NCBI GenBank assembly: GCA_051294375.1
Contig: CM119271.1
Location: 10,279,839 to 10,343,838, forward strand
DNA length: 64,000 bases
DNA from: Paraspadella gotoi
Lineage: Eukaryota; Animalia; Chaetognatha
Reading direction: 5' to 3'
Position 1 is the first letter of the stretch, and every line of letters starts with the position of its first letter. The translations under genes were made by a program, and so were the position numbers. The notes under the pieces are model-generated. The model was not told the DNA's origin. It was given only the letters and a program-made list of their open reading frames with translations, and did not search any database. Shown here in pieces: positions 39,084 through 51,506 of this stretch.

Positions 39084-39283
39084 ACTTCATTGATAGGAAG
39101 CCAGTTCACTGGGAGTGAATTAACAAGTCTGTGAGAGAGGCTTGATTGAAAGCTGCAGAAACCGTGTATTGTTATTATCTTGAAGTTGAGAAGGCTTAAA
39201 CCACCAAAGCCTGTCCAATATCAGGGACAAATAGCTTATTATTAAATGGATGGATAACTTTTATATGGCTGTACCAATTTCAA
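39084..39283 (+). repeat. Copy of the 25.5 kb dispersed repeat
   Basis: Colinear match to 25547-25757. Confidence 0.8.
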
Positions 39284-41725
39284 TAAACAATAATTACTGT
39301 CCTTCAATATAAATAAAAAATATACATTCTTACAACTTCAATAAAAAAATGTAAATATTTTCTAATCTGTAATCGGTTAGTAGTCATTTTGTCTTTTATA
39401 AATGTAACATATATATTTTTTGTTCTTGTTTTTCGTTTAATACTATATTTGGTAAAACATATCAAAAAAATATAAGAGCTCATATTTTTACTACTGGGAA
39501 TGCACATTATACCGCTTGTAGTTTCACGGGCCCCTGATTTGAGTTATTTTTACTTTTTAGAATTATCCAATAATTTTCTGTTAGTTTATTAATTCCAACT
39601 GAAATAAACAATAATTACATTAGTTTTTTGTCTTTTTTACAATTTTAAAGTACAAATTATGATGATACTTTAATTTTTTTTCTTGAGCCCTAAAAAACGA
39701 GCATATACCTCAAAAAATTATTTTTTTAAATTTTGCTGAAAATGTTATTTCTTTTTTTTTTAAGCATAATTTTAAATTTAAAACATTTAATTCAGAATAA
39801 CTCAAAGAACTTTTGGTTTGTTTTGACAATGTAAAGTTTTATTTATAGTAAACAGTAATACGGACATGATTTACAACTAAAGTCATATTCTTCATCAGGT
39901 AAATTTAAAAAAAATGGACATGGTTTGAGAAAATAAACAGGAGAGAGAGTTAATAAGAGAAGGAATTAATTTCTTTTCAAACCATGTCTCCGCAAAATTA
40001 TATTGGAATTAATTTCATCATGCGATTCTGGACTTCTATTTATTGACTTTTTATATTTGGTTTTCTTACATTAGTTTACTTTTTATACTCCTTTACTTTT
40101 TTGAATTTATACATCTCCGTCGTCTCCATATTCTTGCTATTTGATTTCATGATTGTACTATTTGTTTTTATAGTGATTACTTTATTAATTGTAGTAGTAT
40201 TGATTAACTTCTGTTTGAATTTAGAATTTGCTCTAACATGACTGTCTCTCTGTAGTCACGCCTCCGACCCCGACGATCGCGAATCTCGTCGAACCAAAAT
40301 CGAGGCGTCTCTTTTCTTCACTCTCCAACGCCGTATTCGTCTCGCTCACACGACGCCGCTTCCGACGCCGGTTATAACTTTCCGGCGTTTTCAGTGAATT
40401 CCGTCGTATTACCTCCTCGCTATCTTGTTCCATTATTACACGCACCGTCGCCTCTTCTGGACTTGGGGGGCGCGCTCATTCTCCCGCCTCGACGATCGGG
40501 CTCGCCTCCTTGCGCCGCCCCCGACACGACCCGCCTTCCCCAAGACGACTATCATACGAACTACGCTAAAGCTTCGCCGCACCAACATATTTTTACAAAA
40601 AGTTCTTATTTTTCTTCTGACAATCCGAATCTGTTATTACAATTTTTTTAAAAATTATTTTACAAATTTATGCAATTAATACAAAAATAATACAATTTTT
40701 TAACAGCAAATTTCTTACACGGAGCAGCATAAAAATTGACTTAACTCCTATAATCTTTTTATCACTCCACCTTTGTACAAGAGCAGATACTTTTTTGTGA
40801 TAAAACGTTAATTTTTTTAAAGTAATAAATGGTTAAGTTAAGTTATTTTAGTTCTGACAAGTTTGCTATTTTTACTAATGTTACTTTGATAGCATTTTTG
40901 TAAGGAATAATATTTCTCCAATATAAATTTGGATTGAGGTCGCCGTGCCTCTCTGAGGTTGTGAATTGCCCCCACACTTAGTGGCCCACTGCCCAGTGTT
41001 CGTGAGATTTTCCCGTCAGTTGTTTGCTTTCCGGAACTTCAGATCTGGGTAGCGTGTTTAACCAGCCCGTCACTCTTTACAAAGACCGTACTGACATCAT
41101 ATACCTTTAATGTTCATGTTCCTTTTTTCTGTCATCTATAAGTAGTCCAACGAGTGGTGTTCTGTTTAGACAGGACAATGAAAAACTGAACCATATATGC
41201 CCCTTCTAATATTTTAGTTTACATCGTTTTAAACTATATTTACTTTATAATGTATTAGCTGACGGTCGTGAAAACTTTCGAATGGCCTTAATTGCATCAA
41301 ACTTCAGACAATAACATTTATCTGATTATTTTGATTTCTCAAGGATACTTTTATTTATATTATTTTACTTATTATTATTATATTACATAGCGCGATAAAT
41401 AAAATAATAAAATATTTGACTGTTCCTTTCTTCTCTCTTATTTTATTAATCGCGCGCTCGATCTCACTCGATAATAAAAGAACGGCGTCGACGTTTTAAA
41501 TAAAAAAACTAGGATCCGAATTCTAAGAGTTTCTAACGGTATCCAGATTCGCGAAAATCTTGAATGGAAAAGTCTTCCGTCAAGGGGCAAATTTCGAATG
41601 TTTTTTAGATTTTTCCTAACGCGTGTCCAATTTTACATGAAACTGATATTTACAATATTCCCGTTATTCTAGTCGGAGGTATAAAAATATATTAAAATCA
41701 TCTGGTGCTGCGGGACATTTTTCCT

Positions 41726-43183
41726 ACTGTTGTACTTGAGCCGAGTTGGCTCTCTCCATCTAGGTAAAACTATATACCTTTTTTGAATAGAATGACCAGT
41801 GGTTTTAATCATAATTTATCTATTAAAACAACATCACCACAAGCATAGACAATTAGTATGTACTTCTTCTTCGTGGTTTTCCGTCAAGCCTTTATGGCTT
41901 TCTCTCCCGTTTCTGTGAGAAATAGATGAAACTCAATAAGGAAATTGTATTTAATTCCTTTTGTTTTCTTACCCTGGTGTTTTTTCTTCTCTGCCATTGT
42001 GTTCCGATGAATGTATTTATTATACTGTTAAACATTAAAAAAATAAAAAAAAATAAATTAAAAAAAAATAAAAAAGTTAAAAGGTCTGATAGGCCTTCGA
42101 ATAAAAGTAAGGAAGTTTCCTAGCATTGTTTTTCTAATTTGTAAATCAAACACCATATGGAAATATTTTTAGTTTTCCTGAATGTATGAGAGGAAAAAAT
42201 CAGGAAAAAGCAACAGCTCGATTTTTACGCCATCACCTTATGGAACCTAAGGAGAATATCAGGACAGAGACGCGTCACGACGAGACCAAAATAGCAACGA
42301 CTCGTAAAAAAAGAGCAAGTTATCTTCGTCGAAGGTGAGTTTTCCTCAGCCAAACCCTCGGAGAGATCACAGCCGCGGTCGTATTCGACCTCTCGACGGT
42401 TGTAAAGGGAATGTTTATGGAGTGAGCCTGTGTAAGGGGATGTCACGACTCACGAGGGCTGTTTGAAGTTTGGATTCATAGAAGCGAAAAAAGCGCCAAT
42501 GTTGGTTGCAGGGTTTTTGCTAAATTTTCGGCTACGAACGCTAACAAAACGACATTCTCCAAGAAGCGTACCAATGTCGGGTTTATGTTTTTAGCATGGG
42601 ACTTTCAAACTAGTTTAATACATATATAAATAATAAATAAATAATAACCCTCTCTAAATCGGCCGCGTCGTGGTGCGACCGGTTGGAGGATGTTTCGCCC
42701 GGGAAGATTTACGGTTTCGGGTCGGCGGCGGCAGCGGCGGCGACATCGTCACGTGACGCGATCGGGATCCGGAAGAAGGATGACGTCGAGAGACGAGATC
42801 AGTGACGCGACGGGAAAAAATGACGCGAAACGAAAATTGAGACAAAACGATTTGTTATTTTATTTTTATCATCGAACGACGAGGCTTCGATCGTTGGACG
42901 GAAAAAGCGAAACTCGTCGTCAATGTCTCTAACTTGCTCTCGCGCTCTCCTTTCTTCGCTCTACCTCTCTCGTTCCTTTCTTCCTCTACTCTCGCTCTTC
43001 CTTCTTCGCTCTACCTCACTTACTCTTCTTTCTCACTTACCTCTCTCGCTCTTCCTCTCTTCGCTCTACCTCTCTGGCTCTACCTTTCTTTGCTCTCTGG
43101 CTATTACTTCTACTCTTCTCTTCTTCCTTGGATCTACCGCTTGCTCGATCTACTTTTTCTCTATTATCTTTTTTCTACTTCTG

Positions 43184-43263
<80 letters not shown>

Positions 43264-43998
43264 GCTATTTCCCCGCCCTGCTTAAACTCGCCCTCTAGTC
43301 CCCGCCTGTTAATCCCCACCATTCGTCCCTGCGACGTCTAACTCGTGCCAAATCAATACTCTTCTTTCCACGAAAAATAAAAAGAAACTTTCTGAGCTCA
43401 ACTGGAATGAAGGGCAGAAACCCGACCGAAGCAAAAGGGTTATACCGTCGACCCTCTACTCTCTCTCCCTCTCTCTCGCCTTCCCCTCTCCCATCTNNNN
43501 NNNNNNNNNNNNNNNNNNNNNTTTTTCCTCTCATACATTCAGGAAAAACTAAAAATATTTCCAATATGGTGTTTGATTTACAAATTAGAAAACAAATGCT
43601 AGGAAACTTCCTTACTTTTATTTCGAAGGCCTATCAGACCTTTTAACTTTTTTTAAATTTTGTTATTTTCTTTTTTTTAATTTTTTTTTAATGTTTAACA
43701 GTATCATAAATACATTCATCGGAACACAATGGCAGAGAAGAAAAAACACCAGGGTAAGAAAACAAAGAAAGAATTAAATACAATTTCCTTATCGAGTTTC
43801 TTCTATTTCTGCCAGAAACGGGAGAGAAAGGCAGTAAAGGCTTGACGGAAAACCACGAAGAAGAAGGTACATGTCTATGCTTGTTGGTGATGTTGTTTTA
43901 ATAGATAAATTATGATTAAAACCACTGGTCATTCTATTCAAAAAAGGTATATAGTTTTACCTAGATGGAGAGAGCCAACTCGGCTCAAGTACAACAGT
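41726..43998. repeat. Long inverted repeat: arms 41726-~42199 and 43522-43998 (~475 bp), enclosing a CpG-rich segment
   Basis: ACTGTTGTACTTGAGCCGAGTTGGCTCTCTCCATCTAGG and its reverse complement ending at 43998. The right arm starts immediately after a 25-N gap. Confidence 0.85.
42655..42920. promoter_or_regulatory. CpG-rich promoter-like segment (E-box, ETS, CRE motifs)
   Basis: GTCACGTGAC, CCGGAAG, TGACGTC and several TGACGC within ~100 bp. Confidence 0.4.
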
Positions 43999-44085
43999 TC
44001 TTAATTGTATATTGTTTTAATTTTATCACTTCCTTTCTCAAATGACCTGATCTTTTTAACCCCGTTTCCCTTCCTTCGACTTCAG

Positions 44086-44706
44086 CCATCGAGGCAGTGG
44101 GAGAAAACTCTTTTTCCTCGGCCAACTCCTCGGAAAACTACTGCCCCAAGAAGGAGGAAAAGAAGCCGCCTTGTCCTCTTTGCCCCATAATCGAAAGCTA
44201 TCCACCGCAATCTTGCTGCCGCCATGCTGTCCTCCTTGCCCGCTCCTGTCCTCCCCTTGTCCTCCCCCACCCCTCCCCTCTTGTTCAGCAAAGTGTCCGC
44301 ACCTTGTCCTCGCCATGTCTCCGCCATGTCCTGCCCCTGCCCCACACCATGTCCTACTCCTGCATAACCCCATGTCCTCCTCCTTGTCCTTCTCTTGTCC
44401 TCCTCCTTGTCCGCCCCTTGCCCGCTCTTTCCGCGTCTTGCCCACGCCTGGGTCCACCTAAGTGCCCCCCACGTTGCCCTCCCCAAAAAGCCTCCTCCAT
44501 GTCCAGCGGCCACCAGCCAAGCAACGTGCCAACCTTGTACGCCTCCTTGTCCGTCGCCTTGCGACGAATGCGGCAACAACAGCAGCAAGAAAGTCGGCAA
44601 CAACAGCATCAAGAACCTCACCAACAACAACAACGCTACAGCTGCTGCAGCGAGGAACGGACAACGCCAAGTCTGGTCGCTGTATGACGACTCTGATGGC
44701 GAATAA
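44086..44706 (+). CDS. Cys/Pro-rich (CPP/CPxPC repeat) protein, main exon, with apparent indel errors
   Basis: Acceptor ttcccttccttcgacttcag| at 44085. TGY-CCN-CCN codon repeats with varied third positions. Pieces read NYCPKKEEKKPPCPLCP...SCCPPCCPPCP...CPPKCPPRCPP...PCTPPCPSPCDECGNNSSKK...WSLYDDSDGE*. Confidence 0.55.
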
Positions 44707-45129
44707 CATGACGGGCGGATGCTGCAACGGCCCCGACTGCTCGACGATGGCACAACAGATCCATGCGGTAGGAGGTGAGGAAATGGACAAGTCCGACCAA
44801 GTTCGTCAAGTCCGACCATAGTTCGACCAGAAGAACACAAACGCCATGTAACGACGACGACGACGACGTTACTAACAAAACTTCGAACTCGGCGAACTCT
44901 ATGAAAAAGCGGAGAGCGGGAAAGAAGAGAGCCGCGCAGTAGCGCTGAAAATCGACGAAAACGCTGCCGACAATGAGAATGCCACAACTCGAATGAGAAA
45001 ACGAAGGTAATTTGATATTACTGTTGAAATCGAGGATTGATTGATGATTTTTTGGGGGTCACAAATCAATAGAATGATTTGTGGCAGTAACCACAGATTT
45101 TTGGTTTTCTTATTGATTCAATTTCCCAG

Positions 45130-45313
45130 GTCAACTCCTCAACATGACGACGGTGAGAGTAAGCTTGGATCACATCCTTTACCTCCGCCTCACCTAGACG
45201 GCGCTGACTCTACCTCGACGGCCGCCGACTCCGCTCCGAGGACGCCGCTACACTCGAACGGCGCCGATCCGCATCTGACTTTTCCTTCGACGGCGTTACG
45301 CTTCCCGCTCTAA
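45130..45313 (+). CDS. Candidate downstream exon of the Cys/Pro-rich gene (or 3' UTR exon)
   Basis: AT-rich intron 45007(GTAATT)-45129(tttcccag) between GC-rich blocks. Spliced frame ...TTRMRKR|RSTPQHDDGESKLG...LRFPL*. Confidence 0.35.
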
Positions 45314-45366
45314 TAATTGTCTGATTGATTGTCGATTCGAANNNNNNNNNNNNNNNNNNNNNNNNN

Positions 45367-46386
45367 TCCTGCCCCTTGCCCCACACCATGTCCTACTCCT
45401 TGCATAACCCCATGTCCTCCTCCTTGTCCTTCTCCTTGTCCTCCTCCTTGTCCGCCCCCTTGCCCGCCTCCTTTTCCGCGTCCTTGCCCACGCCTGTGTC
45501 CACCTAAGTGCCCCCCACGTTGCCCTCCCCAAGCTCCTCCATGTCCAGCGCCACCAGCCAAGCAACGTGCCAAACCTTGTACGCCTCCTTGTCCGTCGCC
45601 TTGCGACGAATGCGGCAACAACAGCAGCAAGAAAGTCGGCAACAACAGCATCAAGAACCTCACCAACAACAACAACGCTACCAGCTGCTGCAGCGAGGGA
45701 AACGGACAACGCCAAGTCTGGTCGCTGTATGACGACTCTGATGGCGAATAACATGACGGGCGGATGCTGCAACGGCCCCGACTGCTCGACGATGGCACAA
45801 CAGATCCATGCGGTAGGAGGTGAGGAAATGGACAAGTCCGACCAAGTTCGTCAAGTCCGACCATAGTTCGACCAGAAGAACACAAACGCCATGTAACGAC
45901 GACGACGACGACGTTACTAACAAAACTTCGAACTCGGCGAACTCTATGAAAAAGCGGAGAGCGGGAAAGAAGAGAGCCGCGCAGTAGCGCTGAAAATCGA
46001 CGAAAACGCTGCCGACAATGAGAATGCCACAACTCGAATGAGAAAACGAAGGTAATTTGATATTACTGTTGAAATCGAGGATTGATTGATGATTTTTTGG
46101 GGGTCACAAATCAATAGAATGATTTGTGGCAGTAACCACAGATTTTTGGTTTTCTTATTGATTCAATTTCCCAGGTCAACTCCTCAACATGACGACGGTG
46201 AGAGTAAGCTTGGATCACATCCTTTACCTCCGCCTCACCTAGACGGCGCTGACTCTACCTCGACGGCCGCCGACTCCGCTCCGAGGACGCCGCTACACTC
46301 GAACGGCGCCGATCCGCATCTGACTTTTCCTTCGACGGCGTTACGCTTCCCGCTCTAATAATTGTCTGATTGATTGTCGATTCGAA
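45367..46386 (+). repeat. Tandem duplicate of 44329-45341 (second, partial copy of the Cys/Pro-rich gene region)
   Basis: The 3' ~680 bp appears identical including the intron; both copies end at GATTGTCGATTCGAA before N gaps. This copy has an uninterrupted frame PCPTPCPTPCITPCPPPCPSPCPPP...DDSDGE* ending at 45751. Confidence 0.85.
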
Positions 46387-47254
46387 NNNNNNNNNNNNNN
46401 NNNNNNNNNNNNNNNNNNNNNNNNNNNNNNNNNNNNNNNNNNNNNNNNNNNNNNNNNNNNNNNNNNNNNNNNNNNNNNNNNNNNNNAGGAGAGGTGAGCT
46501 AGGGTAGAGAGATTTTTGATTCATTGATTGTTCTCGAGCGTAGTTATGAGAGAACTACGGCCTGATAAGATAAGAAGATGAGAAGCTGTAAACGAAGAAT
46601 ATATGGTCACGCATGAAGTGAGGTAAAATAAATATATATGGCATGCACTTATTATGATATTATGATGGCAGAAGTAAAGTTAGTGAAATAGGGTTCTAAT
46701 GTTATTGGAGATTTGCATAAGAAGCATAGGGAGAAGATATATGTGGAGATGTGTATAATAATGCGGTTTTCGGAAGCAGTAATTATAAGATATACAGGTG
46801 CATTGAAAAAGGTATTATGAGAGAGGATAAGATCGTAATAAAATTTGAAGTCTGGGTAATATCGGCACAAAAAAAAAAGGAAGGAGCGACTTTTCTCTTT
46901 TATTGAGCGCGCGAGTTGGGTGGATATAATTGGATTTGGGTATATTTCGGCGAATCCGTTCATTTTGATCCTTGTTTGTGTATATAGGTTGTAGTTAAGT
47001 AGATAATCCGCTCGGATATTTATAGTATAAAAAACACAAGCGATGTTCTACGTCAGGGGTGGAGTCAGGACATGAAAATTGAGCGACAATCTGTTCATCT
47101 GAAGACGGTCGATTTGGTAATTGCCTGAGATTGGGTGCGTGGCGAAATGAAAGCAAGGTCCAATTGCACGGACACAAGTTAATCTAATCGCGCTCAGTTT
47201 TCAGAGTTTTAGTGAATTGAATTAACATTTGTCGCGTCGCATGTGACAGTTGAA

Positions 47255-48240
47255 GATTAAACTGACTTTGGAAATAATTATTAAATGCTGTGGCGATTAT
47301 ATCTATAAGTATTTAACTGGGCAGTCCTCGGTAAGCGTTCCGACGTTACGATGTTAAACTGGCATATGAATAATTATTAAAGCTGTGCGCATTTAACTCT
47401 GGCATTACTGGCATATTCTGCGCGTCAGTCCCGACGGACGATTAAACGGCATATGAATAATATTTAAACTTTTGTGCAATTTTGACTGGTCATTTAACTG
47501 GCTATCTCTCGGTCAGTCGCGACGACGATTTAAAACTGGCATATGAATAATATTCAAACGGCATTTAACTGGCATTTTAATCCTGGCATCTCTCGTGCAG
47601 CTCCCGACGACGATCTTTAAAACTGGCCATATGAATATATATTAAAACTGGCAATTTAACTGGCAATTTAAAAACTGGGCATCTGTCTCGGATCAGTGGT
47701 CCCGGCGACGATTTATAAGACTGGCATATGAATAATAGTTAAACTGGCAATTTAAACTGGCATTTAACTGGCCATCTCTTCGGTCAGTCCGCGCGACGAC
47801 GATTTAAACCTGGCTAATATGAATAGATATTAAGACTGGGCAGTTATAGCTGGCATTTAACTGGCATCTCTCGGTCAGGGTCCGCAACGATTTAACTGGC
47901 ATATGAAATATAATTAAAACTGGCAATTTAAACTTTGGCAATTTAAAGCTGGCATCTGCTCGGTCAGGTCCCGGACCGACGATTTAAAACTGGCATAGAA
48001 TAATATTGAAACTGGCATTAAGACTGGGCATTTAACTGGCATCTCTCGGTCAGGTCCCGACGACGATTTAAACTGGCATATGAATAATAGTTGAAACTGG
48101 CATTTAGACTGGCATTGTATAACTGGCATCTCTCGGTAGTCCGCGACGACGATTTAAACTGGCATATGAATAGATATTAAAGCTGGGGCATTTAACTGGC
48201 ATTTAAAACTGGCATCTCTTCGGTCAGTCGCCGACGACGA
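47255..48240. repeat. ~80 bp minisatellite (~12 noisy copies) with internal AACTGGCA subrepeats
   Basis: Consensus approximately AAACTGGCATATGAATAATATT AAACTGGCATTT AACTGGCATTT AACTGGCATCTCTCGGTCAGTCCCGACGACGATTT. Its 5' flank (47104-47290) is homologous to 35274-35459. Confidence 0.9.
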
Positions 48241-49337
48241 ACTTTCCTCTCGAAAGAAATTCGTCTTCGCTTTCCTCGATCCTTAATACTTTCATCGAAT
48301 TTTGCCATCTGAAGAAGAAAAATGAGGAGGGAGAAAAAAGAGCGAAAAAAAAAAAAAAGAAAGCAAGGAAAAAAAAAAAAAAGCCAGGAAAAGAAAGCAG
48401 GAAAAAAAAGCAGGAAAAAAAAGCGGCAGGTAAAAAAAAAGCCCCAGAAGAGAACGAGTCGTCCGTCTAAAGCGGAAACATTTTTTATTTTTCTTGCCGG
48501 TGAAGACGAAGCAGACGAAAACAAGTGCAACGCAACAATGCTAAATTAAATACAAGTTGCAAATCAAAAAGATAATACATCGTCGATTGAAAAAAAAAAT
48601 GGATGATAAATATTAATTTGTTTTTAAATTTATTATTCCGTCTTTTTATTTACCACTTTAAAATGAAAATTTCGTGCTCAATTTTCATTTCAAATTAAGT
48701 AAAAAAACGAGGGGAAAAAAGTGTTATGGTATTTGAAAAAGCACGGCTTGTCTTTGGGATAAATTTTATTTCAGGGAATAGGAGTGGGGCAAGATTTTCA
48801 AATCAAATAAAATGCATAAATTGGAAGATATGAATGTCATAAATTGACAATGTCGCGACAAGATTGATGAGTGATATTGATTAGTTTGTCAATGCACAAA
48901 TTATAATCACGCGTTCTGCTTAAAGGCTAAACCTTACGGTTGGAAATAATAATTTTTCTGAGACTTAGTATTAGAATAATTTTTTTTTTAAATCTTTGAA
49001 AATCGAACTCGTACGTCGCCACCCAAACAAAAACAAAAAAACAATTTTCAAAGATGAGGCCAACTCCCCCTCCTGCTCTCTCGATCCTCTCTCTCCTCGG
49101 TCTCTCTCTCTCTCTCTCGGTCGTCGTCTTCTCGTCTCTCTCCTGTCGTTCTCTCTGCTGCTCTCTCTTCCCAGAGGCTCGTTAATGATGGAAAACAAAA
49201 GGAAAAATGATTAACGAACCTCGAATCTCGCGACATAAACGCTAAGCTCGGACTGTAGTTATATCGGCGCACTAATAAGGAGTCTCGGTGACTGGACAAG
49301 AGAGAAAGAGGAGAGAGAAAGAGAAAGAGAAAGAGAA

Positions 49338-49406
<69 letters not shown>

Positions 49407-50074
49407 TATTGCGATTAATTTAGCGGACCGAAATGTTCAGGTGAAAATCTAATTGAGTTGAGCTGTTAACAAGCGAAATTTGAAAATAAGCGCTCTGGGC
49501 TAACTTACACTTAAAGATTAACCAATCAATACTATTTTTTAAAAATGATGTTTTTCTTGTCGGTATTTTTTACATGCAACATCGCGCTATTTTGTAAAAT
49601 GGAATTCCAATATCTGAGTGCTATGAACACCCCATCGCGACCAAGGGATTTTTGGGCCAAAAATAAAAAGGTTAAGGGTGTTTTTTTTTGTTGTTACAGA
49701 AATGGAATTTCAACTTTTTTTTACATTCAAAAATGGCGTAATAGTTAGAAAAAGTCTATTCACTCGAGGCCGACCTTAAAAATCGACGGTGGCGCGCGGC
49801 ATCGAAAGACGGGGCGTCGCCGCATTCTCTCTCTCTCTCTCTCTCTGCTCTTCTCCTCTCGTCTCATCTCTCTCTCTTCTCTCCTCTCTATCGGCTCCTT
49901 CCTCTCTCTCCTCCTATAATCCCCTCTCACTCCAGTCTCTCTCACCCTGATCATCTCTCTCTCCCTTTGCTTCCCCTTCCTCCCTTTCCCTATCACCCAT
50001 GTCTCGTTTCTCACCTCGCACATTATGCCTCCCCGCCTCCCCTCTTGCCCTCTCCTCCTCTCTCTCTCTCTCGG

Positions 50075-50109
<35 letters not shown>

Positions 50110-50927
50110 TCTCTGCTCTCTCCTTGCTCCTCTTTCCTCTCCCTCTGTTCGTCTCACCTCTCTCTCCTTCTCTCGCTCTCTCGTGCTCTCTTCTGCTCTC
50201 CTGCTCTTTCTCTCTTTCCTCTTCTCCTCTTCCTATCTGCTGTCTTCTCCCACTTAGCTCTCCCTCTTCCTCGTCCTCTCTCTTCTCCCCTCCTCCCCTA
50301 GCTCTCTCTCCTTATTGCTTCCTCCCCTTTATCAACCTCATTTTCCGGGCGTGGCTGGATTGCTTTATGGCGCCCTTTATGCGTCCCGTTGGCGCTTAGA
50401 ACACTTCTGCGTCCGGATTCTTGTCCCTTTTTTTGATTGTCGGCCCAATAAATTCTGCGAAATCGATAATCGGGAGCCAAAGCCGGGCGGCGGCGCGCGG
50501 CGGGGCGCGGCGGACGGGCGCGCGACGGGGCGCGAAGTGACAGCGGTCGGAGGACGGTAGGCGTCGTGAAGCAGGTGCTGTAACAGGAGCGAGAGAACAT
50601 GGTCTACATGAGCACAAGAAGTGTGCAGACCAATATGACATGCCCAAACCCGCAGCAAAAAAGCCAAAGAACCCATACCAAGAAGAGCAGAAAGAGGATC
50701 GTCAAACGTAGCAATCGCAGTAAATCTTGATGGCTCATGGAAGCTTCAGATTGCCCAAATGAGATCGCACCTTAACCAGGAGACGGAAAGGCGCGCGGCT
50801 AGATGTACGCTCTAATTGGCGCTCAAACAGGCGCCTACAAGCGAGCGCACGGGAAAGCGCATTGCAAGCCAGGATGTCACCGGTCAGAGAGGCGCAGCGA
50901 TGTGAACGCGGAATGTCGCGACTAATA

Positions 50928-51275
50928 ACGACCGACCGAGCCGACCGACCGACGCGACCGAGCCGACCCGACCGACCCGACCCGAGCCGACGACGCCGAA
51001 CGACGACCGACCGAACGATCCGAAGCCGACCGACCGACGCGCGACCGAGCCGATCCGACCGAACCGACGCGATCGACCGACCGACGATCCGACCGACGCC
51101 AGCCGACCGACGACCGACCGACGCGACCGACCGACCGAGCCGACCGACCGACCACCGACCCGACCGACCGACCGACCGGACCGACCGACCGACCGACCGA
51201 CCCGAGCCCGACCGACCGACGGCGACCGGACCGACCGACCGACGGCGACCGACCGACCGGCCCGAAGCCGTCCGA
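50928..51275. repeat. Imperfect (CCGA)n microsatellite
   Basis: Direct inspection; it explains the RPTD-rich ORFs. Confidence 0.9.
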
Positions 51276-51370
51276 CTCCGGAGACTTTGAATGTGAATTA
51301 TTCAGATGATCATTTTTTTCTCGTGATGTCCTTCGAGAATGGCCCTCTCTCTCTCTCTCTCTCTCTCTCG

Positions 51371-51426
<56 letters not shown>

Positions 51427-51457
51427 CTCTCACTTTTTTCTCTCTCTCTTCTCTCTC

Positions 51458-51506
<49 letters not shown>

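Noticed and set aside
44082-44987. 301 aa minus-strand ORF (and 45310..46032)
   Set aside because: Best explained as the antisense shadow of the plus-strand Cys/Pro coding region; the splice signals point to the plus strand.
45367-46386. Genuine tandem gene duplication
   Set aside because: The intron and 3' sequence look identical, both copies end at the same base before gaps, and a 25-N gap separates them, favouring assembly redundancy.
47255-48240. CRISPR-like array
   Set aside because: The intervening sequences are themselves repeated rather than unique spacers; eukaryotic context and no cas genes.
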